Positions 19,186 to 29,226 of a stretch of 43,794 nucleotides of DNA are shown piece by piece. A program made the translations under genes and the position numbers. The stretch lies in IMG/VR virus record IMGVR_UViG_2734482574_000013, one strand, 5' to 3'. The notes beneath the pieces were generated by a model that did not search any database, was not told the DNA's origin, and saw only the letters and a program-made list of their open reading frames with translations. The DNA is from a virus (taxonomy: Duplodnaviria > Heunggongvirae > Uroviricota > Caudoviricetes). How positions within the stretch are numbered: the first letter of the stretch is position 1; each line of letters begins with the position of its first letter.

Positions 19186-19436
19186 CTCTTCAATTACTAT
19201 ATCTCATTCATAGCAAACTGACAGATTTGATGATGTTCTATATACGAAACCTGTGATGTCAAGTCTGAGCTAATACAAATAAACATAATATCAGAGAAAT
19301 ACATTTTATTAGCTCGCTACGGCGAGCTTTTTATATTGCATCGTCTCCAGCATATATATCAATTAAGGCTCTGATTGATGTGTCTGAAAGCCTACACATA
19401 ATAACTATGCCATCCGTTCCGTGCGGAGGTGAGGCT

Positions 19437-19652
19437 ATGAAATCCATGGACAAAATTTCAACAGGCATTGCCTACGGCACCTCCGCAGGCAGTGCTGGCT
19501 ACTGGTTTTTACAGTTGCTCGATAGAGTAACTCCGTCACAGTGGGCTGCAATCGGTGTGCTGGGTAGTCTGGTATTTGGCCTGCTGACGTACCTGACAAA
19601 CCTTTATTTCAAGATTAAAGAAGATAAGCGCAAGGCTGCGAGAGGTGAATAA
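19437..19652 (+). CDS. Phage-21-type pinholin S with dual start (71 aa from MKSMDK; 68 aa from the Met at 19446)
   Basis: MKSM dual-start motif followed by two transmembrane segments and a charged C-terminus; matches recalled S21. Confidence 0.88.
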   Translation: MKSMDKISTGIAYGTSAGSAGYWFLQLLDRVTPSQWAAIGVLGSLVFGLLTYLTNLYFKIKEDKRKAARGE

Positions 19653-20143
19653 TGCCTCCATCATTACGAAAAGTCGTTGCTGCTGCTATTGGTGGCGGAG
19701 CAATTGCTATAGCATCAGTGTTAATCACTGGCCCAAGTGGTAACGATGGTCTGGAAGGTGTCAGCTACATACCATACAAAGATATTGTTGGTGTATGGAC
19801 TGTATGTCACGGGCATACAGGAAAAGNNNNNNNNNNNNNNNNNNNNNNNNNNNNNNNNNNNNNNNNNNNNNNNNNNNNNNNNNNNNNNNNNNNNNNNNNN
19901 NNNNNNNNNNNNNNNNNNNNNNNNNNNNNNNNNNNNNNNNNNNNNNNNNNNNNNNNNNNNNNNNNNNNNNNNNNNNNNNNNNNNNNNNNNNNNNNNNNNN
20001 NNNNNNNNNNNNNNNNNNNNNNNNNNNNNNNNNNNNNNNNNNNNNNNNNNNNNNNNNNNNNNNNNNNNNNNNNNNNGCAATGGAAAGGTCTCATGACTCG
20101 TCGTGAGATTGAGCGTGAAATCTGTTTGTGGGGTCAGCAATGA
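19652..20143 (+). CDS. SAR (signal-arrest-release) endolysin, phage-21 R-like; central part hidden by N-run
   Basis: N-terminal SAR segment [27 protein letters not shown]; start overlaps the holin stop; C-terminus [21 protein letters not shown]. Confidence 0.85.
   Translation: MPPSLRKVVAAAIGGGAIAIASVLITGPSGNDGLEGVSYIPYKDIVGVWTVCHGHTGKXXXXXXXXXXXXXXXXXXXXXXXXXXXXXXXXXXXXXXXXXXXXXXXXXXXXXXXXXXXXXXXXXXXXXXXXXXXXXXXXXXXXQWKGLMTRREIEREICLWGQQ
19827..20076. other. Run of 250 N inside the endolysin gene
   Basis: Literal n characters. Confidence 1.
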
Positions 20144-20604
20144 ACAGAGTAACCGCGATTATCTCCGCTCTGGTTATCTGCATCATCGTCTGCCTGTCAT
20201 GGGCTGTTAATCATTACCGTGATAACGCCATTACCTACAAAGCCCAGCGCGACAAAAATGCCAGAGAACTGAAGCTGGCGAACGCGGCAATTACTGACAT
20301 GCAGATGCGTCAGCGTGATGTTGCTGCGCTCGATGCAAAATACACGAAGGAGTTAGCTGATGCGAAAGCTGAAAATGATGCTCTGCGTGATGATGTTGCC
20401 GCTGGTCGTCGTCGGTTGCACATCAAAGCAGTCTGTCAGTCAGTGCGTGAAGCCACCACCGCCTCCGGCGTGGATAATGCAGCCTCCCCCCGACTGGCAG
20501 ACACCGCTGAACGGGATTATTTCACCCTCCGGGAACGACTGGTAATGATGCAGGCCCAACTTGAAGGTGCTCAGCAATACATAACCGAGCAGTGTTTAAA
20601 GTAA
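20140..20604 (+). CDS. rzpR: Rz i-spanin (154 aa from MNRVTAI)
   Basis: ATG overlaps the endolysin stop (ATGA); N-terminal transmembrane segment then coiled-coil-like sequence; appears intact here. Confidence 0.85.
   Translation: MNRVTAIISALVICIIVCLSWAVNHYRDNAITYKAQRDKNARELKLANAAITDMQMRQRDVAALDAKYTKELADAKAENDALRDDVAAGRRRLHIKAVCQSVREATTASGVDNAASPRLADTAERDYFTLRERLVMMQAQLEGAQQYITEQCLK
20360..20545 (+). CDS. rzoR: Rz1 o-spanin lipoprotein (61 aa) embedded in the +1 frame of Rz
   Basis: Lipobox VVGC and proline-rich mature region ([15 protein letters not shown]); lies wholly inside Rz. Confidence 0.85.
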   Translation: MRKLKMMLCVMMLPLVVVGCTSKQSVSQCVKPPPPPAWIMQPPPDWQTPLNGIISPSGNDW

Positions 20605-20741
20605 AATCTTAACTACAATATGATTCATTTTGATGATTGTTTCATAAGGAACAGTGAAGTAAGATCTAAGAGGAGTTAAATTTTATACAGTATAATCATA
20701 ATATTGCAGCAAGGTGGTTATAATTGAAAGAATATTTAGAT

Positions 20742-22199
20742 ATGAATACATCTCATGTAAGAGTTGTTACTCATATGTGTGGGTTCCTGGTTTGGCTCTA
20801 TAGTCTTTCAATGTTGCCACCAATGGTTGTAGCATTGTTTTATAAAGAAAAAAGCCTGTTCGTTTTCTTTATAACTTTCGTTATATTTTTTTGCATTGGT
20901 GGCGGAGCGTGGTATACAACTAAGAAATCTGGCATTCAATTACGTACCCGTGATGGGTTTATTATAATTGTAATGTTTTGGATTTTGTTTTCTGTTATTA
21001 GTGCATTCCCTTTATGGATTGACTCAGAACTTAATTTAACGTTCATTGATGCTCTGTTTGAAGGGGTTTCTGGAATAACAACAACAGGAGCAACTGTAAT
21101 TGATGATGTTAGTTCATTACCTCGGGCATATTTGTACTATCGGTCACAGTTAAATTTTATAGGTGGTTTAGGAGTTATTGTTCTGGCGGTTGCAGTATTG
21201 CCATTATTGGGTATTGGTGGTGCAAAGCTTTATCAGTCAGAAATGCCGGGGCCATTTAAGGATGACAAACTCACTCCCCGCCTGGCCGATACGTCACGGA
21301 CACTGTGGATAACTTATTCTTTATTAGGTATTGCTTGTATTGTCTGTTATAGACTTGCAGGAATGCCTTTGTTTGATGCTATTTGTCACGGGATTTCCAC
21401 AGTTTCGCTTGGTGGTTTCTCAACTCATAGCGAGAGTATCGGATATTTTAATAACTATTTGGTTGAGCTGGTGGCTGGTTCTTTTTCCCTGCTATCGGCT
21501 TTCAACTTCACTCTTTGGTATATTGTTATTAGCAGAAAAACGATAAAACCTTTAATCAGAGATATTGAACTTCGTTTCTTTCTGTTAATAGCCTTAGGGG
21601 TGATCATTGTTACCTCTTTCCAGGTCTGGCATATAGGTATGTATGACTTGCATGGAAGTTTTATTCATTCGTTTTTTCTTGCCAGCTCCATGCTCACTGA
21701 TAATGGTTTAGCTACGCAGGATTATGCAAACTGGCCCACGCACACGATAGTGTTTTTGCTGTTGTCAAGTTTCTTTGGGGGATGTATAGGTTCAACCTGT
21801 GGTGGAATTAAGTCACTTCGATTTCTTATACTTTTCAAACAAAGCAAACACGAGATAAATCAGCTTTCTCATCCCAGAGCGTTGTTGAGTGTAAATGTAG
21901 GAGGGAAGATAGTTACAGATCGTGTAATGAGGTCTGTATGGAGTTTCTTTTTTCTTTATACTCTCTTCACGGTGTTTTTTATACTGGTGTTAAATGGTAT
22001 GGGATATGATTTTCTTACATCATTTGCAACAGTGGCTGCATGTATTAATAATATGGGATTAGGTTTTGGGGCTACTGCATCGTCATTCGGAGTGCTTAAT
22101 GACATTGCAAAATATTTAATGTGCATAGCTATGATTCTTGGTCGCCTTGAAATTTATCCTGTTATTATATTGTTTTCAGGTTTTTTTTGGCGCTCCTAA
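20742..22199 (+). CDS. trkG: Trk potassium uptake protein TrkG (485 aa from MNTSHVRVV)
   Basis: Multi-pass membrane protein matching recalled TrkG; visibly AT-rich relative to its flanks. Confidence 0.93.
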   Translation: MNTSHVRVVTHMCGFLVWLYSLSMLPPMVVALFYKEKSLFVFFITFVIFFCIGGGAWYTTKKSGIQLRTRDGFIIIVMFWILFSVISAFPLWIDSELNLTFIDALFEGVSGITTTGATVIDDVSSLPRAYLYYRSQLNFIGGLGVIVLAVAVLPLLGIGGAKLYQSEMPGPFKDDKLTPRLADTSRTLWITYSLLGIACIVCYRLAGMPLFDAICHGISTVSLGGFSTHSESIGYFNNYLVELVAGSFSLLSAFNFTLWYIVISRKTIKPLIRDIELRFFLLIALGVIIVTSFQVWHIGMYDLHGSFIHSFFLASSMLTDNGLATQDYANWPTHTIVFLLLSSFFGGCIGSTCGGIKSLRFLILFKQSKHEINQLSHPRALLSVNVGGKIVTDRVMRSVWSFFFLYTLFTVFFILVLNGMGYDFLTSFATVAACINNMGLGFGATASSFGVLNDIAKYLMCIAMILGRLEIYPVIILFSGFFWRS

Positions 22200-22336
22200 T
22201 ATATGGCTGATTTATAATTGTGAGTTTAATATTATGTTGACTCACTCATTGATCCAATACCTAACTTTACCAGCAACACCTCCGCCCCCAGTAGCACTGG
22301 CTGCTGGGGTGCGTTTTATTCATAAAGCAAGGCTGT

Positions 22337-23125
22337 ATGAGCGAGAAATTAAAGATAGTCTATCGCCCATTACAAGAATTGTCACCGTATGCGCACAACG
22401 CCAGGACGCACAGTACTGAGCAGGTGGCACAACTGGTAGAAAGTATTAAGCAATTCGGCTGGACTAATCCGGTGCTGATTGACGAAAAGGGCGAAATTAT
22501 TGCGGGTCACGGTCGTGTTATGGCGGCTGAAATGCTCAAAATGGATTCTGTTCCGGTCATTGTTCTGTCTGGCCTGACGGATGAGCAGAAAAAGGCGTAC
22601 CGCCTGGCAGATAATCGCCTGCCGATGAATGCTGGCTGGGATGAAGATCTGTTGCGGATGGAGCTGTCGGACCTAATCAATGCTGATTTTGATGTCTCCC
22701 TGACAGGCTTCATCCCGGCAGAAATTGATGAACTGTTGACGGATGTTTTGCCCGGTACAGGAAATGAGGAGGAGCCGTATACGACGAAAATTGATACGCC
22801 TGTTTATGAGCCGTCAGGCGGTAAACCGGATATCAGTGAACTGTACGACGATACGAAAACTCAGGAGCTGATCAGCCGGATACGTTCGGCGTCCCTTGAT
22901 CCTGATATTGAGAAATTCCTCCTGTGTGCAGCAGAACGTCACACGGTGTTTAATTTCAGCAGAATTGCGGACTATTACGCTCATGCCCCCGCTGAAATTC
23001 AGTGCCTTTTCGAGGAGTCGGCGCTGGTGATCATTGATTATCAGCAGGCTATTGAAAATGGATTTGTCCGAATGACGCAGCGCATGGTGGAGATCATGCA
23101 TGGCGGGGAGGAGGAATATGCGTGA
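22337..23125 (+). CDS. ParB N-terminal-like nuclease domain protein (262 aa)
   Basis: ParB/Srx-type GHGR motif (GEIIAGHGRVMAA); N-terminus resembles the short K-12 Rac remnant ynaK as I recall it. Confidence 0.75.
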   Translation: MSEKLKIVYRPLQELSPYAHNARTHSTEQVAQLVESIKQFGWTNPVLIDEKGEIIAGHGRVMAAEMLKMDSVPVIVLSGLTDEQKKAYRLADNRLPMNAGWDEDLLRMELSDLINADFDVSLTGFIPAEIDELLTDVLPGTGNEEEPYTTKIDTPVYEPSGGKPDISELYDDTKTQELISRIRSASLDPDIEKFLLCAAERHTVFNFSRIADYYAHAPAEIQCLFEESALVIIDYQQAIENGFVRMTQRMVEIMHGGEEEYA

Positions 23126-24050
23126 TGATTTTTGCGCCTTTATTCTGACTCACGGGCGACCGGACAAAGTTCTGACTTACCGGACGTTGCGTCGTGCTGG
23201 CTATACCGGGAAAATTTTTATCGTTGTTGATGATGAAGATAAGACACGGCATCAGTACATGGCTGAATTTGGTGAACAGGTGCTGGTATTTTCCAAAGCC
23301 GATATTGCTAGTCGTTTTGACGAAGCCGATAATTTTAGTGACCGCCGCTCAATTTTTTACGCCCGTAATGCCTGTTTCGACCAGGCAAAACTGGTCGGGT
23401 GTAAATACTTCATTCAGCTCGATGATGATTATCACGAGTTCCAGTTTCGGGTGGATCGCAACTATGACCAGGCCTATTTCCCGATAAGGAAACTGGATGA
23501 GATCCTTTCTGAAATGCTTGCGTACTACGAATCAATACCTGCTCTTTCCATCGCTATGTCGCAGGGCGGGGATTTTCTTGGTGACAATGGCGGCCATGCT
23601 TCGTGGGTGAAACGCAAGGCAATGAACAGCTTTATCTGTTCGGTTGATCGACCGTTCTCATTCATGGGGCGCATTAACGAGGATGTGAATACGTACACGA
23701 ATCTCGGTCGCTGTGGTGAATTGTTTATGACGATCGGTGCTGTCCAGTTAGGGCAGAAACAGACGCAGAAAAACAGCGGCGGAATGACCGAGCTGTATCT
23801 GGATTCCGGAACCTACGTTAAAAGTTTTTACTCCGTCATGTATGCGCCGTCGTGCGTAAAAATCTCACTTATGGGTGCCAGTCATAAACGCATTCACCAT
23901 CAGGTCACCTGGAACAACGCTGCAGTAAAAATCCTTCACGAAAAATACAGGAAGAAGACACCCTGCATATCAATGGGGGTGACAAATGATTCCGTATTCG
24001 AAAGTCGAGTCTCTGGCAGCGTGCCGGATGACTGCACAACAAATCGCTGA
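23118..24050 (+). CDS. Hypothetical protein (310 aa from MRDDFC) with a DxD-like motif
   Basis: RBS GGAGGAGG before the ATG at 23118; overlaps the ParB-like gene end; motifs IFIVVDDED and FIQLDDDY. Any glycosyltransferase-like assignment is tentative. Confidence 0.5.
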   Translation: MRDDFCAFILTHGRPDKVLTYRTLRRAGYTGKIFIVVDDEDKTRHQYMAEFGEQVLVFSKADIASRFDEADNFSDRRSIFYARNACFDQAKLVGCKYFIQLDDDYHEFQFRVDRNYDQAYFPIRKLDEILSEMLAYYESIPALSIAMSQGGDFLGDNGGHASWVKRKAMNSFICSVDRPFSFMGRINEDVNTYTNLGRCGELFMTIGAVQLGQKQTQKNSGGMTELYLDSGTYVKSFYSVMYAPSCVKISLMGASHKRIHHQVTWNNAAVKILHEKYRKKTPCISMGVTNDSVFESRVSGSVPDDCTTNR

Positions 24051-24237
24051 CGTTCTGGATGTTGATCTGAACCGACTGAAAGAAAATCGGGAAGCAATGA
24101 CAGATTTTTATGCGGCCATCCGTAAGGGCAGAGCGAAAGGTGAAGCCGAGTTACGAGCGGCATTGTTTAAGCTTGCCAGAAAAGGGGATGCCTTTGCTCT
24201 GCGCGAACTACTCAGGGTGGATAAAAATCAGGACTAA
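23986..24237 (+). CDS. Small hypothetical protein (83 aa) upstream of terminase
   Basis: RBS GGGGGTGA before the ATG at 23986; overlaps the upstream gene by 65 nt. Confidence 0.4.
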   Translation: MIPYSKVESLAACRMTAQQIADVLDVDLNRLKENREAMTDFYAAIRKGRAKGEAELRAALFKLARKGDAFALRELLRVDKNQD

Positions 24238-24240
24238 CTG

Positions 24241-25335
24241 ATGAGCAGACCGGACTGGGGGGCGTTGCAGCAGGAGTATATTGCTGAATACACCCGCTCC
24301 GGTATATCTCCGGTGGCATGGTGTGAAGCAAGGGGACTGAATTACGCAACAGCCCGTCGTTACATCAAAAAAACTCCGAAAAATGCGCAGACAGAAATGT
24401 GCAAAACTGCGCAAAAAAGTGCGCAGAAAAAATCTGCGCAGACTGCACAAAAGCGGAACGAAAAATCTCAGGAAAAAAAGCCAGTATTCGATGCGGGCCT
24501 GAATGAGGGCGACGCGGAGGAATTTTCGTTCTGTCCCGATGAATTCGGCATTTCTGACCAGCAGGCTAAGTTTGCGATGCTTGTTGCTCAGGGTAAAAAG
24601 CCGACAGAGGCGTACCGACTAGCCGGTTATGAGGGGCAAGGTGCGACAGCTAACAGCAACGCCAGTCGTATGCTTAGAAATGCCAGGGTTTTTCGCGCTA
24701 TCAGCTACTTCCGCAATCAGTACCAGAAACGCTATACCGCAGACCTGGATTTACTAGTGAGTCAGTTGATGGCTATTGTCCTGGCCGACCCCAATCAGCT
24801 TGCACAATTTCGCCGTGTTAACTGCCGTTATTGCTGGGGCGAGAATCATCTCTACCAGTGGCGCGATATAGCAGAATTCGACAAGGCAGCGGCGCAGGCT
24901 TCCAGAGATGGCAAACCCGAACCGGAATATGGAGGCCTCGGCTTTGTTGATAACGCCATACCCAATCCGGACTGCCCGAAGTGCTGCGGTGAGGGAACGG
25001 GACAGCTTTATATGGCTGATACCACTCTGCTTGATGGGGATGCGCGGCAATTATATGCAGGGGCAAAATTCGGAAAATTCGGCGTTGAGATCCTGCTGGA
25101 GGATAAGGCTGCCGCCCGGCGTGAATTGTTGCGTTTGTTTTCTGCTGGCGGGGCTTTATGTGCAGATAAGCGGCTACGGGAACTGGAAATTGAACGGCGC
25201 AGAATGGAAAACCAGAAGCTGCGCAAAGAGATCGAAACGGTGGAAGATAATGAACATCCCCAGCCTGTGGCGATCAATATTAATGTGGTTGATGCCAGAG
25301 TAAGGAGTGATGAAGATGATCTCTCCGACGCTTAA
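24241..25335 (+). CDS. Terminase small subunit (364 aa)
   Basis: Segment AGYEGQGATANSNASRMLRNARV typical of phage small terminase; immediately upstream of the large terminase. Confidence 0.75.
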   Translation: MSRPDWGALQQEYIAEYTRSGISPVAWCEARGLNYATARRYIKKTPKNAQTEMCKTAQKSAQKKSAQTAQKRNEKSQEKKPVFDAGLNEGDAEEFSFCPDEFGISDQQAKFAMLVAQGKKPTEAYRLAGYEGQGATANSNASRMLRNARVFRAISYFRNQYQKRYTADLDLLVSQLMAIVLADPNQLAQFRRVNCRYCWGENHLYQWRDIAEFDKAAAQASRDGKPEPEYGGLGFVDNAIPNPDCPKCCGEGTGQLYMADTTLLDGDARQLYAGAKFGKFGVEILLEDKAAARRELLRLFSAGGALCADKRLRELEIERRRMENQKLRKEIETVEDNEHPQPVAININVVDARVRSDEDDLSDA

Positions 25336-26617
25336 TGTGCCTCAGGCGCGATTTCTTTCAATGCCCCATAAATTTAAAGCCTATATTGCTGGTTTTGGCT
25401 CGGGCAAAACATGGGTTGGGTGTGGCGGCATATGCAAGGGGATTTGGGAGCATCCAGGTATAAATCAGGGATATTTTGCGCCAACGTATCCCCAAATTCG
25501 CGATATTTTTTACCCTACAGTGGAAGAAGTTGCTGCTGACTGGGGATTGAACGTAAAAATTAATGAGGGAAATAAAGAGGTTCACTTTTATTACGGACGC
25601 CAGTATCGGGGAACCACTATCTGCAGATCGATGGAGAAGCCACAAACGATCGTCGGTTTCAAAATTGGTAATGCGTTGGTGGATGAACTGGACATTTTGC
25701 CGAAGGAAAAAGCCAGAACGGCGTGGCGCAAGATAATTGCACGTATGCGTTATAAGATTGATGGACTTCGCAACGGTATTGACGTTACAACCACGCCGGA
25801 AGGATTCAAATTTGTCTACGAGCAGTTTGTTAAAGCCGTGCGTGAAAAAACAGAGCTGGCCTCACTGTATGGTCTGGTGCAGGCATCTACTTTCGATAAT
25901 GAAAAGAACCTGCCAGCAGATTACATTCCTTCGCTTCTTGAATCATACCCTCCAGAGCTGATTAAAGCCTATCTTCGAGGACAGTTTACTAACCTGACAA
26001 GTGGTACTGTTTACCATCAGTTTGACCGGAAACTGAATAATTGCGAAGAAGTGGAGCAGCCAGGGGAGCCGATTTATATTGGGATGGATTTTAACGTTGG
26101 AAAGATGGCGGGAATCGTCCATGTGCTGCGTTTGGGGCTTCCATGTGCGGTAACTGAAATCATCAATGCCTACGATACGCCGGATATGATCCGCATCATT
26201 AAAGAACGCTTCTGGCTGTATGATGGGAATGATTACCGGAAAGTGAGGGAAATTTATATTTATCCAGATGCTTCCGGGGATTCCAGAAAATCAAGTAACG
26301 CAAGTACGACGGATATAGCCCAGCTTAAGCAGGCTGGTTTTAACGTTGTGGTGAACAGCTCGAACCCGCCAGTAAAAGATCGCGTTAACTCAATGAATGC
26401 AATGTTCTGCAATGCCAATGGTGAGCGTCGCTATAAAGTTAATGTGAAGCGTTGCCCGTTATATGCCGAATCTCTGGAGCAACAGGTCTGGGATGAGAAG
26501 GGGGAGCCTGATAAAAAATCTGGCAATGATCACCCGAATGATGCCGGAGGTTATTTCATCGTTAAGCAATTCCCTATTGTCAAACCGACCGGAAGAGTCA
26601 CATCACTTCGGATTTAA
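25307..26617 (+). CDS. Terminase large subunit (436 aa)
   Basis: Walker A-like AGFGSGKTW near the N-terminus; followed by the portal gene. Confidence 0.88.
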   Translation: MMKMISPTLNVPQARFLSMPHKFKAYIAGFGSGKTWVGCGGICKGIWEHPGINQGYFAPTYPQIRDIFYPTVEEVAADWGLNVKINEGNKEVHFYYGRQYRGTTICRSMEKPQTIVGFKIGNALVDELDILPKEKARTAWRKIIARMRYKIDGLRNGIDVTTTPEGFKFVYEQFVKAVREKTELASLYGLVQASTFDNEKNLPADYIPSLLESYPPELIKAYLRGQFTNLTSGTVYHQFDRKLNNCEEVEQPGEPIYIGMDFNVGKMAGIVHVLRLGLPCAVTEIINAYDTPDMIRIIKERFWLYDGNDYRKVREIYIYPDASGDSRKSSNASTTDIAQLKQAGFNVVVNSSNPPVKDRVNSMNAMFCNANGERRYKVNVKRCPLYAESLEQQVWDEKGEPDKKSGNDHPNDAGGYFIVKQFPIVKPTGRVTSLRI

Positions 26618-26619
26618 TT

Positions 26620-28026
26620 ATGGCTGATATATCAACACCCAACCTCGACTATAACGATATGCTGGAGGCGTGGGATATTAACGACGCACTGATGGGCGGT
26701 ACGCTTGAAATGCGCAGGCAGGGGGAAAATTATCTCCCAAAATGGCCTAACGAAGATGAAGACGCTTATAAAAAACGCCTGTCTGTGGCTACGCTACTTC
26801 CTGTGTATGAAGAAAGCATCAAGCAAAATATTGGGCGCATATTTGCAGAGCCGACAGTATTGAGTGAGGAAACGCCGGCAAAAATCAGGGAATATGCAGA
26901 AAATATCGACATGGAGGGGAGCCGACTGGATGTGTGGGCGCAGCAATTTTTCAGCCTCGCATTTCAGTATGGTGTGGCACATGCGCTGGTGGACTATCCA
27001 CGAACGGATATGAAAGAGATTCGGACAAAAGCCGATGAAAACGCGACCGGTGGTCGTCCGTACGTTACGATGCTGAATCCACGCCAGGTTATTGGATGGA
27101 AATCGAAAGTTGAAAAAGGGAAAGTTGTTCTCACTGATTTGCGTATAAAAGAGGTCATCATTATTGATGGTGATGATTTCGGGCAGAAGAAGGTGGAGCA
27201 GATCCGCCATATTATGCCCCGTCGAGTTGAAATTTATCGACGTAGCGAAGGCACTAATGGCGAATCTGTCTGGACGCTTCATGAGTCATGGAATACCAGC
27301 CGTGATGATATTCCTCTGGTAACACTGTACACGAAGAAAACAGGATTTATGCGTGGTACACCGCCATTGCTTAATCTTGGCTTGCTGAATATCAAGCACT
27401 GGCAAAGCCAGAGCGAGCAGGACAATATTCTTCATGTTGCCCGCGTTCCATTGCTGGTGGCCTACGGGCTGGACAGGAATGAAGAACTGACGGTTGGTGC
27501 ATCCACCGCTACGATTTTTGAGGACAGAACAAAAAATGGCCTCGAATATGTTGAACATAGTGGCGCAGCGATAGAATCTGGCGAAACATCACTTGAGAAG
27601 CTGGAAAATCAGATGCGTCATGCCGGCGCTAAACTTCTGCGTGCTGAAAATACATCCACCAAATCTGTTGATCAGACTAATGAAGAGCGAATGCAGGAAA
27701 ACTCGCCGCTTTATACAATGGCGAACTCCCTCGAAGATGCCCTCGATAATATTCTCCAGATAATGGCGGAATGGATCGGAGAGAGTTGCGGTGGCAATGT
27801 GGATGTGCGCACTGAACTGGATGTATCTGCCCAGGTGTTTGACTCATCCTCCGCGCTGGCTGTTCAGTCATTGCGTCAGGGCGGTGATATACGTCAGATT
27901 GATGCGGTTCGGGTGTTGCAGGCGTTGAAATTTATCGATCAGGATTCCCGTCCAGAGGAAGTGATCGATGAATTAAAAAATCAGAGTGTAATGCTGATGG
28001 AAATCAATGATGCAAACCGTGAATGA
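26620..28026 (+). CDS. Portal protein (468 aa)
   Basis: Size and position directly after the large terminase. Confidence 0.78.
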   Translation: MADISTPNLDYNDMLEAWDINDALMGGTLEMRRQGENYLPKWPNEDEDAYKKRLSVATLLPVYEESIKQNIGRIFAEPTVLSEETPAKIREYAENIDMEGSRLDVWAQQFFSLAFQYGVAHALVDYPRTDMKEIRTKADENATGGRPYVTMLNPRQVIGWKSKVEKGKVVLTDLRIKEVIIIDGDDFGQKKVEQIRHIMPRRVEIYRRSEGTNGESVWTLHESWNTSRDDIPLVTLYTKKTGFMRGTPPLLNLGLLNIKHWQSQSEQDNILHVARVPLLVAYGLDRNEELTVGASTATIFEDRTKNGLEYVEHSGAAIESGETSLEKLENQMRHAGAKLLRAENTSTKSVDQTNEERMQENSPLYTMANSLEDALDNILQIMAEWIGESCGGNVDVRTELDVSAQVFDSSSALAVQSLRQGGDIRQIDAVRVLQALKFIDQDSRPEEVIDELKNQSVMLMEINDANRE

Positions 28027-29122
28027 ACGGCTGCGTGATGAATCAATTGCTCATGCAGTCTGGATATCCCGCTATAGCACTGGCGTGGCTGCCAGAATGG
28101 TGAAAATACTGAATGACAGCGATGCGGAACTTACTGCTCGCCTGCTGATAGCACTGGACAGCCTCGATCCAGGTAGTTTTACCGTTAAGCGCCTGGAGTC
28201 ACTTCTGGCGAGCGTCAGAGAGGTTAACCGCACTGCTATTAACAGCATGTTTACCAGTCTCTCCGGAGAGCTGAACGAGCTGGCAATTTATGAGGCTGGT
28301 TATCAGTTAAGTCTGTTTGATTCTATGCTACCTGATTTTGTTGCTGATGTTCACCCTCTGGTTGGTATCTCTCCTGATGCACTTTATGCCGCTGCAATGG
28401 CGCGACCATTCCAGGGACGACTGCTCAGTGAGTGGGCCTCAGATCTTGAGGCGGATCGGCTCAGACGCATAACAAATACAGTGCGTCAGGGTTTTTTGCT
28501 GGGGGATACCAATGAGCAGATCGCAAGAAAAATTCGGGGACATGTCAGTAAGGGATTTCAGGATGGTGCATTGCAGATGAGCCGGGCTAATGCGGCCAGC
28601 ATTGCAAAAACAGCGGTTGGACATCTTGCTGCTACTGCCCGTGAGAGTTTTGCCAGCGCGAATAATGATTTGATTAAGGGTAAGCAATGGTTATCAACGC
28701 TTGATAATCGTACTACGCCACAATGTCGAATCAGGGATCGCCTCAAATATACGCTGAATAATAAACCTGTAGGTCACAGCGTGCCTTATTTGCAGGGGCC
28801 GGGAAAAATTCATTTCTGCTGCCGCTCAACGGAAACGTTCATTCTGAAATCAGCGAAGGAACTGGGTATTGATGTTCGCGATATTTCCCCGGCTGAGCGG
28901 GCCAGCATGGATGGCGTGGTGGCCGGAGATACAACCTACAGGGAATGGTTTTTGCGTCAGCCTTACACCAGACAAAAACAGATTGTGGGGGAAAGCCGAG
29001 CAAAGCTGATTCGGGATGGTGGTATGTCGCCAGATGAATTTTACACCGATAAAGGCGAATGGCTGACGCTGAAGCAGCTCCGTGAGCGTGATGCACAGGT
29101 ATTCAGAAAAGCAGGGATTTAA
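28007..29122 (+). CDS. Head morphogenesis protein, Mu F / SPP1 gp7-like (371 aa)
   Basis: Conserved-looking segment LSTLDNRTTPQCRIRDRL...HFCCRS; position after the portal gene. Confidence 0.72.
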   Translation: MMQTVNERLRDESIAHAVWISRYSTGVAARMVKILNDSDAELTARLLIALDSLDPGSFTVKRLESLLASVREVNRTAINSMFTSLSGELNELAIYEAGYQLSLFDSMLPDFVADVHPLVGISPDALYAAAMARPFQGRLLSEWASDLEADRLRRITNTVRQGFLLGDTNEQIARKIRGHVSKGFQDGALQMSRANAASIAKTAVGHLAATARESFASANNDLIKGKQWLSTLDNRTTPQCRIRDRLKYTLNNKPVGHSVPYLQGPGKIHFCCRSTETFILKSAKELGIDVRDISPAERASMDGVVAGDTTYREWFLRQPYTRQKQIVGESRAKLIRDGGMSPDEFYTDKGEWLTLKQLRERDAQVFRKAGI

Positions 29123-29141
29123 ATAAATCATTTATTACAAC

Positions 29142-29168
29142 AGGCTACCTTCGGGTGGCCTTTTTTAT
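29142..29168 (+). terminator. Intrinsic terminator (AGGCTACC-ttcg-GGTGGCCT then T-run)
   Basis: 8-bp stem, TTCG tetraloop, T6 tract. Confidence 0.6.
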
Positions 29169-29226
29169 TGCTGCGATCCGGATGGTGAGCAGCGTAACTG
29201 TCGGAAGACTTAAACCAGGTACTAAT

